Source of the DNA: Eledone cirrhosa
Taxonomy: Eukaryota
Assembly: GCA_964016885.1 (NCBI GenBank)
Contig: OZ024741.1
Location: 235,414,001 to 235,478,000, forward strand
Length of the DNA stretch: 64,000 nt
Direction of reading: 5' to 3'
In this document: one piece after another, positions 38,986-53,175 of the stretch
How positions within the stretch are numbered: position 1 is the stretch's first letter
Layout of the letters: each line of letters starts with the position of its first letter
Position numbers and translations under genes: made by a program
The notes under the pieces: generated by a model
What the model saw: the letters and a program-made list of their open reading frames with translations, nothing else
Database searches by the model: none
Told to the model about the DNA's origin: nothing

Positions 38986-39260
38986 TGCAAGGCCAATATA
39001 TATATACATACATATATAAGGCGTGTGGCTGAGTGGTTAAAGAACTGGATTTACAATTGTGAGGTTATGAGTTTGATTCTCGGACCGGGTGATGCGTTAT
39101 GTCCTTGAGCAAGACACTTTATTTCACGTTGCTCCTTCTACCTGGAGTTGCGACCGATAGATAGTATTAGCAATTGGAAAGACCAACGGAAACATTATCT
39201 CCTCGGTCCGATTTGATGAAAGTCGATCGATCTTTATATATTATATATATATATATATAT

Positions 39261-40133
39261 ATAAAATATTAAACCAATAATGAATAAACAATTCCTTATA
39301 TTAAACAAAAAAAGTTCATTATTTAACGATCGTTTCTAGGGTATATATGTGTTATAATTGGTATGCATATTCAACAGATCTATGTACAAAATTATACAAA
39401 ATTATACAAATTATCAAGATTAAATATACATACCTAACACATATATACGCCGTCTTCAGAAATAATGAAGTATATTTATTGATAATAACAACAATTCAAA
39501 ATTTCAGTTCAAAATTGACCAATGAAAACACAAAGGGTTAAAAGCAGTTCGGTGTGTGTATATACATGTAAAATCCTTACACATATTTTACAAAAATGTA
39601 TGTATAACTTGTATACGCATACTAAAAAGATGGATGCAAACACAAAATTTCAAGGTTAATATCTCTGTAAGCTTAAAATGCGCTGATAAGATGCGCATTG
39701 ATACTTATGGAGTCAAGCATATAAATATATTTTTTCATACTCACACATATCAGTACAATCACACATACACGCGCGTATATGCATAAATATACACATAACC
39801 ACGAACATACAAACACACACACACCCCCACTCACATTTATATATGTGGATATAAAATCATAAGCACATGGATATTAAATCACTCACATAAAACTTTGAAT
39901 TGTTGTTATTATCAATAAATATACTTCATTATTTCTGAAGACGGCGTATATATGTGTTAGGTATGTATATTTAATCTTGATAATTTGTATAATTTTGTAT
40001 AATTTTGTACATAGATCTGTTGAATATGCATACCAATTATAACACATATATACCCTAGAAACGATCGTTAAATAATGAACTTTTTTTGTTTAATATAAGG
40101 AATTGTTTATTCATTATTGGTTTAATATTTTAT
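39261..40133. repeat. 240-bp apparently perfect inverted repeat (39261-39500 and 39894-40133), each arm carrying a hammerhead motif
   Basis: The arms are reverse complements by eye, with a 393-bp spacer. Confidence 0.9.
39925..40079 (+). ncRNA. Type I hammerhead motif with greatly extended helix II (identical copy on - strand at 39315-39469)
   Basis: UUCAUUAUUU-CUGAAGA-[116-nt hairpin]-GAAA-CGAUCG-UU-AAAUAAUGAA. Helix I is 10 bp perfect, helix III ACGAUCGU is palindromic, and the triplet is GUU. Confidence 0.7.
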
Positions 40134-40287
40134 CTTGACTCTGTATACCGTTTATCTTTCACCGAAAGTGGTTTTTCATTACATCTCTTCTTTCCATGAT
40201 ATCCGGAATACATTGAGTTCTTCATACGGATTGGACACTACCGTAAACTCTTGGTAGATTTATCTACATATATATATATATATATAT

Positions 40288-40734
40288 ATATTGTTATACT
40301 TGGGGAGAGTCATATTGTTGTAATATTGCCAGAAATAATAACAGAACACACTCACTGTTCGGTTGATTTTCGCTTCTGTATCTTTTATATCTCCATAATT
40401 AATTTATTTGGCAATCAATGTTTATCATTGATTGACCAGCAGTGAAATATACAGATATAAATATATATATATATATATATATAGTCTATCAATAGTACCA
40501 CTGATGATGTTGCAGAAGTGCAACGAAAGAACTTTGATAGACCATATATATATATATTTATATCTGTATTTTTAACTGCTGGTCAATCAATGATAAACAT
40601 TGATTGGCAAATAAATTAACTATGGAGATATAAAAGATACAGAAGTGAAAACCAACCAAACAGTGAGTGTGTTCTGTTATTATTTCTGTCAATATTACAT
40701 ACAACAATATGACCCTCCCCAAGTATAACAATAT
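40288..40734. repeat. About 200-bp inverted repeat whose 41-bp spacer is a hammerhead core (40496-40539, +)
   Basis: Arms 40288-40492 and 40534-40734. The centre reads UACCA-CUGAUGA-U-GUUGCA(gaag)UGCAAC-GAAA-GAAC-UU-UGAUA. Confidence 0.8.
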
Positions 40735-40797
40735 TTGTTTCGACACACAATTTCATATCAAAAACCTTGCAAAACAAATTCATATATATATATATAT

Positions 40798-40835
<38 letters not shown>

Positions 40836-40997
40836 ACAGGAAGAAAGCAAAAGAGGTTACATTGTATAGTAAACTTCTCTGCCAGTGTATGAAATAAATG
40901 TGAAATGTTTAAATGACATTACACTGTTTATAAATAGAACAGAAAATGTCAAATATATTTTAGTCACGTGGTTACTTGTTAATATATAAATAACAAC

Positions 40998-41215
40998 AAG
41001 GGTGGTGGATTGGCAAAATTGGTAGAGCATTGGATAAAAGGCCATTGCTGTATTTGTTTTGGCTCTTTGCATTCTGAGTTCAAATCCATCTGCAATTAGC
41101 TTCACCTTTCATCTGGAGTCAATAAAATAAAGTACCAGTCATTTACTGGTGTTGGTTTAATCAACTTTGCCCTACCCCAAATTCTCTGGCCTTGAGCCTA
41201 AATTAGAAATTAATA
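40998..41215 (+). mobile_element. Second SINE-like family copy
   Basis: A-box-like TGGCAAAATTGG and B-box-like GAGTTCAAATCC; homologous to 8428-8650. Confidence 0.6.
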
Positions 41216-42649
41216 TATAATTAAAAACAACATAAAAATATAACAGAACACTAAAATAACCGGAGTTCTCTGGATTGACTAACTTCTACTGTCTAACCAG
41301 AGGCTATTGTTGTTGTTGATGTTGTTTCATACCTGGTCATACCTAATCAAGCAAACCTATGATTAAAAACATTCCAACCATGACTGTCTCATCCTATTTA
41401 GGCAGACATTGTGTACTGTTCCTGTTCTAGACATCCCCGACTCTACAGTCCAACATCACTGCTTGACCCTTTGATGGTTTTATCAGAATTCACTCTATTG
41501 CAAGCATTCAAGTCAGGTCTATTCTGTTTAAAGATAACTTCCTCCTTTCCTCCCACAAGATTTGGAGGCCCAGAAAAAGGTCATAGGAACTTTCCTCTCT
41601 CCTCTGTTTATACTATAGAATATATCTTTTTTTAAATTCCAGGTCTACATAATCTAATGTGTCCTTTCAGAGCTAGATTAAGCTTTTTTTAGAGATCTCC
41701 CCATTCTCTAAGTTCAAATTTCATCAAGGTCAACTTTGTTTTCCATCTTCTGAAGTTGATAAAAGAAGTACCATTATAGCACTTAGGTCAATTTTTTCTC
41801 TATATCTTGAAATTAGCTGTCTTCTGACTTGGAGACAGATGGAATCTGCTAGGTTAAAAGTTCCCAAGACACACCGTGTGCGACTACAGTGCTCCTGCAA
41901 CTCCATCAGGAGTTCAGGTCCACACATACATATATAAAGTAAAAACACAATGTGGGTGTGAATGACATACATTTAATCAGAGTTGAATGGTGCCCTTCTT
42001 CTCTTGGTGCTCTAAGTATGTGCTTATTTTGCTTAATTCAGCCCTGTGTCCTTTCGTTATTAATTTAGTAGGGTGTAATTTGGGCACTTCTATTTCTATA
42101 ACAAGTCAAGTGATTATGTGTGATGTTTTTATTGTTTGGTCAAAGGAGGAAAGGTAACACCCATAATCCTTTACATAAGCCTGTAAAATTGGTGTGAGAA
42201 AATGAGGAAGTGATCCTCAGAAGAATGAACTATGTTAAAGGTCCCCAAGAGCCCAGTGGTGGTGTTAAACTGGGCAACAGATTAAATCTACAGCCTGAGA
42301 ACAGGAATGCTCTCTAAGAATGGTTTCTAATTCAGGCATAAGGCCAACAGTTTTAGGGGAGAAAAAAGCTGATTATATTGACTCCAGTACATGACTGGTA
42401 TTTTATTTTATTAACCCTGTAAGGCTGAAAAACAAAGTTGATCTCAGCGGAATTTGAAATCGGAACATTGCTCCCTAAGAATGGTTTCTGAACAGTTTTT
42501 CCCCTCTTCCAAATTACACTCATAAGGTTTCCATTGACCTGAGGTTGTGATAAAGATACTTACTCAAACTGTTATGCAATGGGATGGAACTTGAAATCAT
42601 ATAGTTGCAGAGCAAACCTCCTTGCCATACAGCCATGCCTGCAAACATA

Positions 42650-43400
42650 GAGTGGTAATGGCTAATTAGTGGTTACATATGAACAGTGAATTTCTATTTT
42701 AGTGGTATATGCTAGTGGTTACATTTAACCAGTGATAAAACTGGTTACTTTAGTACTATAAATTAGTGGTTACTTTAATAGTATAGTAGTTACTTTAGTG
42801 GAATAGAGGTTACAGTTGGTCAGTCGTAACAATGCTTACTTTAATCATATACTGGTTACAGTTGATCAGTGATTGATTTAGTGGTTCCATTTGTCCAATG
42901 GTTTCAGAGGTTGGCCAATGATATTAGTAATTACTTTAGAAATATAGGCTAGGGGTTACACTTGACAAATTGCACCATTGGTTTCACTTAACCAATGACA
43001 AAAATGGTTACACTTAATAAATGGTACAAATGGTTACACTTGACCAATGTTACCAGCGGTTACATTTCACCAGTGATACTAGTGATTACAGTTGACCAGT
43101 GGTAGTAATGGTTACTTTAGTGGCATAGACTAAAGTTTATACTTGACCAATGATTACATTTTACCAATTGATACCTTTGGTTGCTTTAGTGGTATAGGCT
43201 AGAGGATGAATTTGACCAATGGTAAAAGTAATAGCAATGGTTACTTTAGTGGTATAGGCTAGGGGTTAAACTTGACCAGTGACAAAAGTGTTACCAATGG
43301 TTCTTTTAGTTGTATAGGCTAGGATTTATATTTGACCAGTAGCCAAAGTGGTACCAATGGTTATATTAGTTGTATAAGTTTGCATTTAACCTGTGGTAAT
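42650..43400 (+). repeat. Degenerate minisatellite based on GGTTACA(C/T)TTGACCA(G/A)TG / GGTTACTTTAGTGG units
   Basis: More than 25 diverged units, with a 60-bp higher-order period at about 43170-43380. Confidence 0.8.
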
Positions 43401-44479
43401 ATAATCAATATGAGGTGGGGGAGGGCACACTTCAGTCTATTCATTAAAATATAATAAACATAATTAGCAACAGTTAATTTTATATTAATTTAATTATTGA
43501 CAGCATAAATTACTGGCTTTTGTGGATATGATACACTACCAGGTGTGTGTGTATGTGTGTAGATGCATGTGTGTCTGTAAGTATGTGTGGAGGTAGGACA
43601 CACAAGCAGGTGCTTTTGTGTATCTGTGTAGATCTGTCTGTAAATATGAGGATGTGGTGTGACACACAACAAGGAGTGTGTATGTATGCATATGGACATA
43701 TGATAAACAAGCAGGTGTATGTATCTAAATGCATGTGTGTGTGTGTGTGTGTGTATGTGACGAGGTGTGACATACAATCACCATACACAATGAATGTGTG
43801 CGTTGATATGTGTTGTAATGTGTGAATGTGTGGTAGTTGTGGAAATGAATATGTGTGTGTAGTGGGGGGGAGGGGTGTAACATGTTAACATTTGTAAGGT
43901 AGAGTGAGATTAGAATAAAATATACATGGCCCAACATTGTTTTCACTAATGTCCTCAGTGTGTACCTATCTGTGTTTGCTCAAGTGTATATGAGTATATA
44001 TATATATATTTAATATAGAAAAGGCTTTTACAGGACTAGAACTGTTTCATTTGAAGGAAATCATCAGGAGGAAAGCTGCGTTCCTGATGATCAATATTAC
44101 TTTCTGCTTAAAACAATAAGTTTTTGGTATAATGATCGAACAAGGAATATCACATTATCAACAGGTATTTTGTTCTGCGCCAGTATTGTGGATGACAGAG
44201 TGCTCCGTAAAAGCAAATGTGTAACTCACAGGGGAAAAACCCCAGATTTTGACAAATGAATTCAGTATGTGTAAATCATGTAAAAAATTGCATGAATAGC
44301 ACAAATCAAATAAGCATTCAACCGGATAGTTTTTAAAATAAACTTATACAATCTGTCAATAGAATTATTAACAGGTTAATTGTAAAACTCGGGAGATTAA
44401 TACAAATATAAATTCAGCGAGAATCGCATTTCGGCAGGTAGAAAAATATATGTATATATGTATATATGTATATATATAT

Positions 44480-45186
44480 ATAAAGTTAACTTGTCTAAGA
44501 CTAAAGTTCTAGTGGGTAGGAAGGAAAATAGGGCACAGGTCCCCTCTGGGAAATGGCCATGCTCAGTGTGTAGGAAAGGAGTAGGTAGAAACTCCATTTT
44601 ATGTCCCAAATGCAAAGTATGGGTGCATAAAAGATGTAGTGGGATCACAGGTAAACTATCTAAGAACATAGATTTTATATGTGGCCGATGCTCAGGTGCA
44701 ATATGTAGCAAATGCCCACAGGATATTGCCCAGATGGCTCTATAGAAATAGTAGACACCTTCCATTACCTGGGTGACACAAAATCAGCAGTGGTGGAGGG
44801 TGCTCTGAAAGTACAGTAGCCAGAGTCAGAACAGGATGGAAAAAGTTCAGAGAGTTTATACCACTATTGGCTAAAGGTTTCTCTCTAAAAATGAAAGGCA
44901 GATTGTATGATGCCTGCATACGAACAGCAATGTTACATGGCAGTGAGACATGGGCAGTGTATGCAGACTGGAGAGGAATGAAGCATGCATGCTCCATTGG
45001 ATGTGTAATAGTAACATATGTGAACAGCAAAGCATAAATGAACTAAATGAGAAATTAGGAATAAGAGGGATCAGATGCTGTTTACTCGAGAGAAGACTAC
45101 GTTGGTATGGTCATGTCATGCACAAGAAAGACGACAGCTGTATAAAAAAGTGCAGGGCGATCAAAATTGATGGAAGTTACGGTGTA
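44480..45186 (+). mobile_element. RTE LINE fragment with frameshifts, containing a PHD-type zinc finger
   Basis: Translates to KVNLSKTKVLV-[C4HC3]-IEIVDTFHYLG..VRTGWKKFRE..ERRLRWYGHVM; same family as 84-742; cut by a SINE at 45187. Confidence 0.9.
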
Positions 45187-45530
45187 GGCACATGGCTTAG
45201 TGGTAAGAGCATTGGCCTTGCAATCGAAAGGTTGTGAGTTCAATTCTCAGACCGGGTGATGTGTTGTTTCCTTGAGCAAGACACTTTATTTCACATTGCT
45301 CCAGTTTACTCAGCTGTAGAAATGAGATGATAGGGACTGGGGTCCCTATCATTCCACTCCAAAGTGGTCGTGTAGGCGCCACGGAAAAAAAGCACCCAGC
45401 ACTCACTGTAAATGAGGTTGGTGTTAGGAAGGGCATCCAGCTGTAGAAATCAAGCCAGAATCAGTTCCCGTCCCACCCTTGCAAGCAGGGAAAAGTGGAC
45501 GTAAAATGAATGAAAAAAAAATGAATGAAA
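45187..45530 (+). mobile_element. tRNA-derived CORE-type SINE, short-tail subfamily
   Basis: Full-length copy of the 3174-3520 family. Confidence 0.9.
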
Positions 45531-45923
45531 ATATATATATATATATATATATATTTAGAGAGAGAGAGAGAGAAATTAAGAAGAATCGAAGTCAGTGTTG
45601 CAGCATATGTACAAACTTTATTGGCATATTACAATTGTTTTGATATAAACTCGCATATCTGACAAGATGTCAAAAAAGAATCAGGCCCCGTTATCTTGCC
45701 TTAGAATAGAGGTGTAAAACTATATTCTGGTACGAGGGCTGATGACGTAACATGATGTTTGTGTAATTTTGTCTAGTTCATTCCTGTCCTTTGAGGTAAA
45801 ATTTTACCATAAGCCGCCATTGACAGTATTTTACCGTTTTGGCAGCTATCCTTGTGTTGAGTTTTTCTCACTATTCTATAAATTCTAATACCTAATACAC
45901 TCACACCTCAAAAAAACTTTGTT

Positions 45924-45961
<38 letters not shown>

Positions 45962-46101
45962 TACTGAAAACAGTGATGGTAATGATATATAAATGAAGTA
46001 AGATGTTGATGTACTGAGTGAGTAGCATATGCCAAAATCTCTCAATTAATAGGATTCCACTTAGAAAAACATATATCCAAACCTAGTTGTACTTATTAGA
46101 G

Positions 46102-46367
46102 CAGGCATGGGCAACCTTTTTCGAGAAGCGGGTTGCATGAGATATTGCTAATTTACATTCATGCCCACATTAAAAGAAGGGTGGTAACTCAGGTTCTTTT
46201 GATTTGTTTCTTCAGAATTTGTACACGTTGTTTCCCTCGATCGTAAAAATGATAGAAAGATAAATTACGACTGAAAAGTTGGGGTAAAAAAAATCAGAAA
46301 GATTTCACTTAGGTGACTTAGGCGGGCCATTCAGAAAGCTTCGCAGGCTGCAGGTTGCCCATGACTA
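46102..46367. mobile_element. hAT-type MITE
   Basis: TIR CAGGCATGGGCAACC / GGTTGCCCATGACTA with 8-bp TSD TATTAGAG / TGTTAGAG. Confidence 0.7.
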
Positions 46368-46857
46368 TGTTAGAGACTCTTAATGGAAGAAAGGGAAGAC
46401 AATTTCAAGTAATTAAGAACAAATTTCACAAAAATATTAATTTACTTACATAAGTGAAAAATATTATCTTTATTATCAGGCAAGATGGCAAATATGGTCA
46501 TGTTTTAGTTTTATTGGAACTTATCATCTTGTTTTGATCAGTTCACAATGTTATTTATATATAGGAAAAGTACTACAGAGATTTTGGGATAGGAGTAATT
46601 TGCATAATTGGAAAAAAAAAAATGGAATGAGCAAAGGGAAATAACTCTAACAGGTTAATACCTTGAATTTAGATGATTCAGGTAGGTGGTGGTGCACTGA
46701 ATGACATGCACAAAACTTTGTAATTGAAATCTTAATCTTGGAGAAAGACACTAGAAAACACTCTCACACACACACACACACATTCATTCACATAAATATG
46801 TGTGTGTTGTGTTGATATATATGAAAAAAGCTGTTACATTATACATACACACACATA

Positions 46858-46888
<31 letters not shown>

Positions 46889-46960
46889 AACCAAAGATTA
46901 GTATGGTTCGTTGATTACTCAAAGAATACAATTTTACAATAGATTAGAAGCACTCAGTAT

Positions 46961-47059
<99 letters not shown>

Positions 47060-47490
47060 CATATATACATACACACACACACATATATATATATATATAA
47101 TCAATCTACATATATATGTGTCGATAATAGATAGATAATATAATATATATATACACACACACACACATACACGTGTTTGTGTGATTGTGTGTGTGTGTGT
47201 GTGCAGTAACTGGCCTTAAGAATTATAGAGAGATATATAGATAGATAGATAGATAATATTTATATATACATTTTCTCATAAGAATGTTGTTATATACATA
47301 CAGATAAACATACAGATACAATAACGACCTCATTTATATACACATGCACACAAACCCACGTAGCCATACAATGGCATTATTATGTCCATACATACACACT
47401 TACATATACATACAAGGCCTTCATTATATGTGTAGAAATAGATTAACAGAACCCCAAACTGAGAAACACATGCACATACACACACACATA

Positions 47491-47566
<76 letters not shown>

Positions 47567-47843
47567 AATATATACACATATATATATGTGTGTGTGTGTG
47601 TGTATATGTACACCTATGTATATATATGTATGATTGTATGATTATATATATATATGAGTGTGTGTATGTGAGTATGTGTGTATATTTTAAGGTATATATA
47701 TATCTATATATAGGTATGCATACATATTTAAAGATATATATACAACATATATATATATATACATGTATATATATTTATAACAATTTATATATTATATTCA
47801 TATAGAAATATATGAATATTAGTATATGATTACACACACACAC

Positions 47844-47877
<34 letters not shown>

Positions 47878-48264
47878 ATATATATGTGTGTGTATATATA
47901 TATATATGTGTGTATGTGTATATATGTATGTATATGTATATGTGTATATGTGTATATATATATATATGTGTGTGTGTGTGTATGTATATATATATATTCC
48001 CTATATCAGTACTGTCACCACAATAACCACTAACAACAACACTACCACTATATCTCAACCATCATCATCACCACCAACACTACCAACACTACACACCTTT
48101 TCCTGTAGTTTTACCCTCATCAACCACTACTCCACACCCCTACACCATCTCCTGGTGAACTCAACCACTCCTACATTCCACCACCTCAGGGTGGGTGTGG
48201 GGGCCCTACCATCAGACTACATTCCCCACCCCACCTAAGCCCTCCCCTCTATAACCCAGTTCCA

Positions 48265-48660
48265 CCACCATCATCATCACCACCATAAACACTACCACCA
48301 CCACCACCACCATAAACACTACCATCACCACCACCACCACCACCACCACCACCAATTCCACTCCACCGCCATAAACACTACCATCACCACCACCACCATA
48401 AACACTACCATCACCACCACCACCATAAACACAAACACCACCACCTCCACCACCACCAATTCCACTCCACCACCATAAACACTACCATCACCACCACCGC
48501 CATAAACACTACCATCACCACCACCACCATAAACACTACCATCACCACCACCACCATAAACACTACCATCACCACCACCACCATAAACACTACCATCACC
48601 ACCACCACCATAAACACTACCATCACCACCACCATCACCATAAACACGACCATCATCACC
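48265..48660 (+). repeat. 24-bp minisatellite CACCACCACCATAAACACTACCAT
   Basis: Tandem units; source of the Gly-rich 'GGGGDGSVY' ORF. Confidence 0.9.
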
Positions 48661-49263
48661 ACCATCACCTCTACTACTACCATAACTACCACCACCACTA
48701 CTACCATCCACATAATAAGCACCACCACCACTACTACCACCCCCAATACCACCAACAACACCACTACCACCTCCACCACTACTCCACCAAACCCAGGGCA
48801 CCTGTACACAGATGAAAAGAGTATGTGTGGAGGGAGTGGTTTGGTGGTGGAGGTGGTGGTGGTGGTGGTGGTGGTGGTGTGTCAGGGTGGAATGAAGAAA
48901 GGGAAGAAGAGGGGGGTAGAGAAGGGGTGAGTAAGAGACAAGCTGGCAGGCTGGTGGTGGTGTGATGGGGGGTGGGGGTGGGGGTGGGGGGTGGTACCGG
49001 CTGGTGGGGCGTGGTGGTACTTTCTAGCAATGCTGGAGTGTGGGTGGGTGGGAGTGGTGTGTAGGTTTGTGTATGTGCATGTGCATATCAGTGTGTATGA
49101 GTGTGTGTGAATATGTATGTGTTTGGGTATGGGGTGTGTTAGTGGTATTGGTGGGTACATTGTGTACACGTGTGTATGGCTGTATGTATGTATGTATATA
49201 TATATGTGTATATATATGTATGTATTTCATATATATATATATATACATATATATACATATATT

Positions 49264-49296
<33 letters not shown>

Positions 49297-49402
49297 ATAT
49301 ACATATATATGTTTATATATATATATATATATGAATATATATGTATATATAAATATACATATATATATATGCAGATATATATGTATGTATGTGTAAATAT
49401 AT

Positions 49403-49436
<34 letters not shown>

Positions 49437-49470
49437 ATATATATGTATGTATATATATATTATATATATA

Positions 49471-49501
<31 letters not shown>

Positions 49502-49667
49502 CATATATATACATACATATATATATATATGTATATATATGTATGTATATATATATATATTATATATATATATATATACATATATATGTATATATATATA
49601 TATATATAATATATATATAGATACATATATATATATATATATATATAATATATATATATAATATATT

Positions 49668-49700
<33 letters not shown>

Positions 49701-49713
49701 TTATATATACATG

Positions 49714-49748
<35 letters not shown>

Positions 49749-51474
49749 TATAAAATCCCTATATATATTTTTATATATTGATATGTTTATGTATATATAT
49801 ATATATACACACACTCATTTTTATATGTATGTGTGTGTTTACATATATATATATATATATATAAATATAATATATATATATAAACACACTCAAATATATA
49901 TATATATATACATATATGAGTGTGCGTGTGTGTGTTTGTAATGGTAGTGGGTGGGGTGAAAGGGTGTATAAACTGAAGCTCTAATATAGAGAGAAAGAGA
50001 AAAAGAGATAGACAGTCAGAGAGAGAAATAGAAATAGAGGGGAGAGGTGAAATTGTTGTTGTTGTTGTTGTGGTGGTGGTGGTAAGTGGAGGAAGACTGT
50101 CAGAATGGTGGTAGGGGCTGGGGATTGACATGTGACGAAGGGTGACGGTGAGGGGGTATGTACATGAGTTAAAGCTAGGGTTATAGGGCTGAAGGGGGGA
50201 GAGGGGGTAAGGTGATGGTGGTGGTAGGGTGGTAGTGGTGGCGGCGATGGAGTTATTGGCTATGGTGGTGGTGGTGTCGGTGTAGTTAGTGGTTATGGTG
50301 GTGGTAGTAATAGTGGTGGTGGTGATGGTGGTAGTGGATAGTGGTGGCGTAGGTGATGGTAATGTTGTTGGGGGAGGTGGTGGTAGTGGTAGTGTAGTTG
50401 TGTTGGTGGGGGGGGGGGGTAGAAACTGAAGAACACAAGTTGGGAGAGTGGTGGTGGGTGGAGGGAATAGAGTGGTGGTGGGGGTGTAGAGACAGGACAT
50501 GTGACGTGTGGGGACGGGGAGGGGAAGGATAAGGTTGGGGAGACTGGCGTTGTTAGTACTGATGGTGGTGGTAGTGGTGGTGGTGGTGGTACTTGTGGTG
50601 GGGGAAGTGATGGTTGTGATGGCTATATTGGTAGTAGTGGTGGTGGTGGTGGTGGTGACGGCTATGCAGATTGCAACAGAAGAGGTGGTGGTGGTGGTGG
50701 TGGTGGTGTTTGAGGTGCTGGAGGTGAAAGCTGTTGTTATGGTGATGGTGGTGGTGGTGGTGGTGTTTTCATGGTGAGGGTGATGGTGGTGATAGAGATA
50801 ATATTGACGGTGGTGGTGGTGAACGTAGAGGTTGTGAAGGTGATAGAAGGGGTGGTGGTAGGGAGAGTATTAAAAAGCAGTCGAGCTGGTAAAGGCGGCG
50901 AGGTAGTATTGGTGGTGGTGATAATGCTGGTGGAGCAGGTGACGTTAGTGGTGGTGGTGGTGGTGGTGGTGGAGCAAGTTCTGATATTTTTGGTGGTGGT
51001 GACGTTGTTGGTGATGGTAGTGTTAATGATGGTGGTGGGTAGTGGTGGTAGTGTTTTCCGTGGTGGTTGTGGTGGTGATGGTGAACTAAAATATTTAGGA
51101 AGTGTATGGTAGTGGTGGTGGTGATAGTGTAGGAGAGTAGGTGAAGGGAGGGGTAAGAGGTTAGTAAGAAGGAGTGGAGTTAGGTTAAGGGAAGGAAGGA
51201 GGTGTATGGTGAATATGTGTATGTATGTGTATGTTAGTGTCTGTATTTATCTGTGTGCTGCTTTCATGGTAGTGTGCGTGTATGTGTGTATATGTTTTTC
51301 TATTTAGCTATGTGCTAGTGCATATTTGTATGTGTATGTGTCTGTTTGCGTATTCAGCTCTGTGCTGCCTATATGTATGTATGTGTGTGTTTGTGTATGC
51401 AAATATATACGTATATATATATATGTGTGTGTTATATATGCATTATTTATATATATATATATTTATATATGTAC

Positions 51475-51562
<88 letters not shown>

Positions 51563-51757
51563 GCATCAGGGTATACAAATACACTCATACTCACACATGT
51601 GTATATATATATGAATATATGTATACATACACATATATATATAAATAAAACACTACATACATACACACACACATACATATATATATGTATGTGTGTGTAT
51701 AAATATATATATATATAAACATATATATACAAATATAAATACACACACGCATATATA

Positions 51758-51809
<52 letters not shown>

Positions 51810-51813
51810 CACT

Positions 51814-51848
<35 letters not shown>

Positions 51849-52165
51849 ATGAAAGGTATAGAAATATATATATATATATATACACACATATATATATATA
51901 CATACATATATATATATACACACATCCATATGTGTGTGTGTGAATGAGTGTGTGTTTGTATACGTCAATGTTTGTGTGAATCTCTGTATGTGTATGTGTA
52001 TGTTTGCCTTATCTCTGTCAATGTGATGTGTGGTGTGTATGTATGTATCTGTGTATCTGCGTTTGTTCTCTATACATCTGTGTTAGTATGAAGTATGTAT
52101 ACACACACATATTCACACGTACATAAACACACTCATGCATGTGTGTGTGTATGCAAATACATGTG

Positions 52166-52204
<39 letters not shown>

Positions 52205-52599
52205 GTATTGTTTGTGTATGTAATTATATGTTGTGTGAATGTATGTATTTATGCTTACGTTTATGTGTATGTATATGTGCGTGAGAGCTGTCTGTCAGTG
52301 TAGAGGGTGAGGGGAGGTAGATAGGAGAAGTGTGGGGTGTGGGTGGGGTGTATAATGTTCAGACAGCGAGGTGAAGGGAGGGTTGGTGGTCTGTGTGTTC
52401 TGGTAGTGGTGATGGTAGTGGTGGTGTGATGGTGTTGTAGTGGGGGAAGGTGGTAGTGGTGGTGTGATGATGTTGGTATGATGGTGTGGTAGTGGCGGTG
52501 TTTTATGATGTGGTGGTGGGTGGTGTGATGGTGGTGGTGGTGGTGGTGGTGGTGGTGTGCTGATGTGGTGTGATGGTGTGGTGGTGGTGGTGGCAATGT

Positions 52600-53175
52600 G
52601 ATGATGTGGTGGTGGTGGTGGTGGTGATAGTAGTGGTGGTGCTATGAGGGGGGGGGGGGGTAGTGGTGGTGTGATGGGAGGGGGGGTAGTGGATAGTAGT
52701 GGTGGTGTTATGAGGGGGGGGGATAGTGGTGGTGTTATGGGGTGGTAGCGGTAGTGGTGGTGTGATGATGTGGTAGTGGTAGTGGTAGTGGCAATGTGAT
52801 GATGTGGTGGTGGTGATAGTAGTGGTGGTGTTATGAGGGGGGGGGGGGGGATAGTGGTGGTGTTATGGGGTGGTAGCGGTAGTGGTGGTGTGATGATGTG
52901 GTAGTGGTAGTGGTAGTGGCAATGTGATGATGTGGTGGTGGTGATAGTAGTGGTGGTGTTATGAGGGGGGGGGATAGTGGTGGTGTTATGGGGTGGTAGC
53001 GGTAGTGGTGGTGTGATGATGTGGTAGTGGTAGTGGTAGTGGCAATGTGATGATGTGGTGGTGGTGATAGTAGTGGTGGTGTTATGAGGGGGGGGGGGGT
53101 AGTGGTGGTGTTATGGGGTGGTAGCGGTAGTGGTGGTGTGATGATGTGGTAGTGGTAGTGGTGGTGTGATGATGT
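52600..53175 (+). repeat. (GGT)-derived minisatellite, about 120-bp unit containing a poly-G run
   Basis: The unit GATAGTAGTGGTGGTGTTATGA(G)nATAGTGGTGGTGTTATGGGGTGGTAGCGG... is repeated about 4 times. Confidence 0.85.

Noticed and set aside
48325-48809. Gly/Tyr-rich structural-protein-like ORF (GGGGDGSVY)n
   Set aside because: A 24-bp minisatellite open in several frames, with no signal peptide or splice context.
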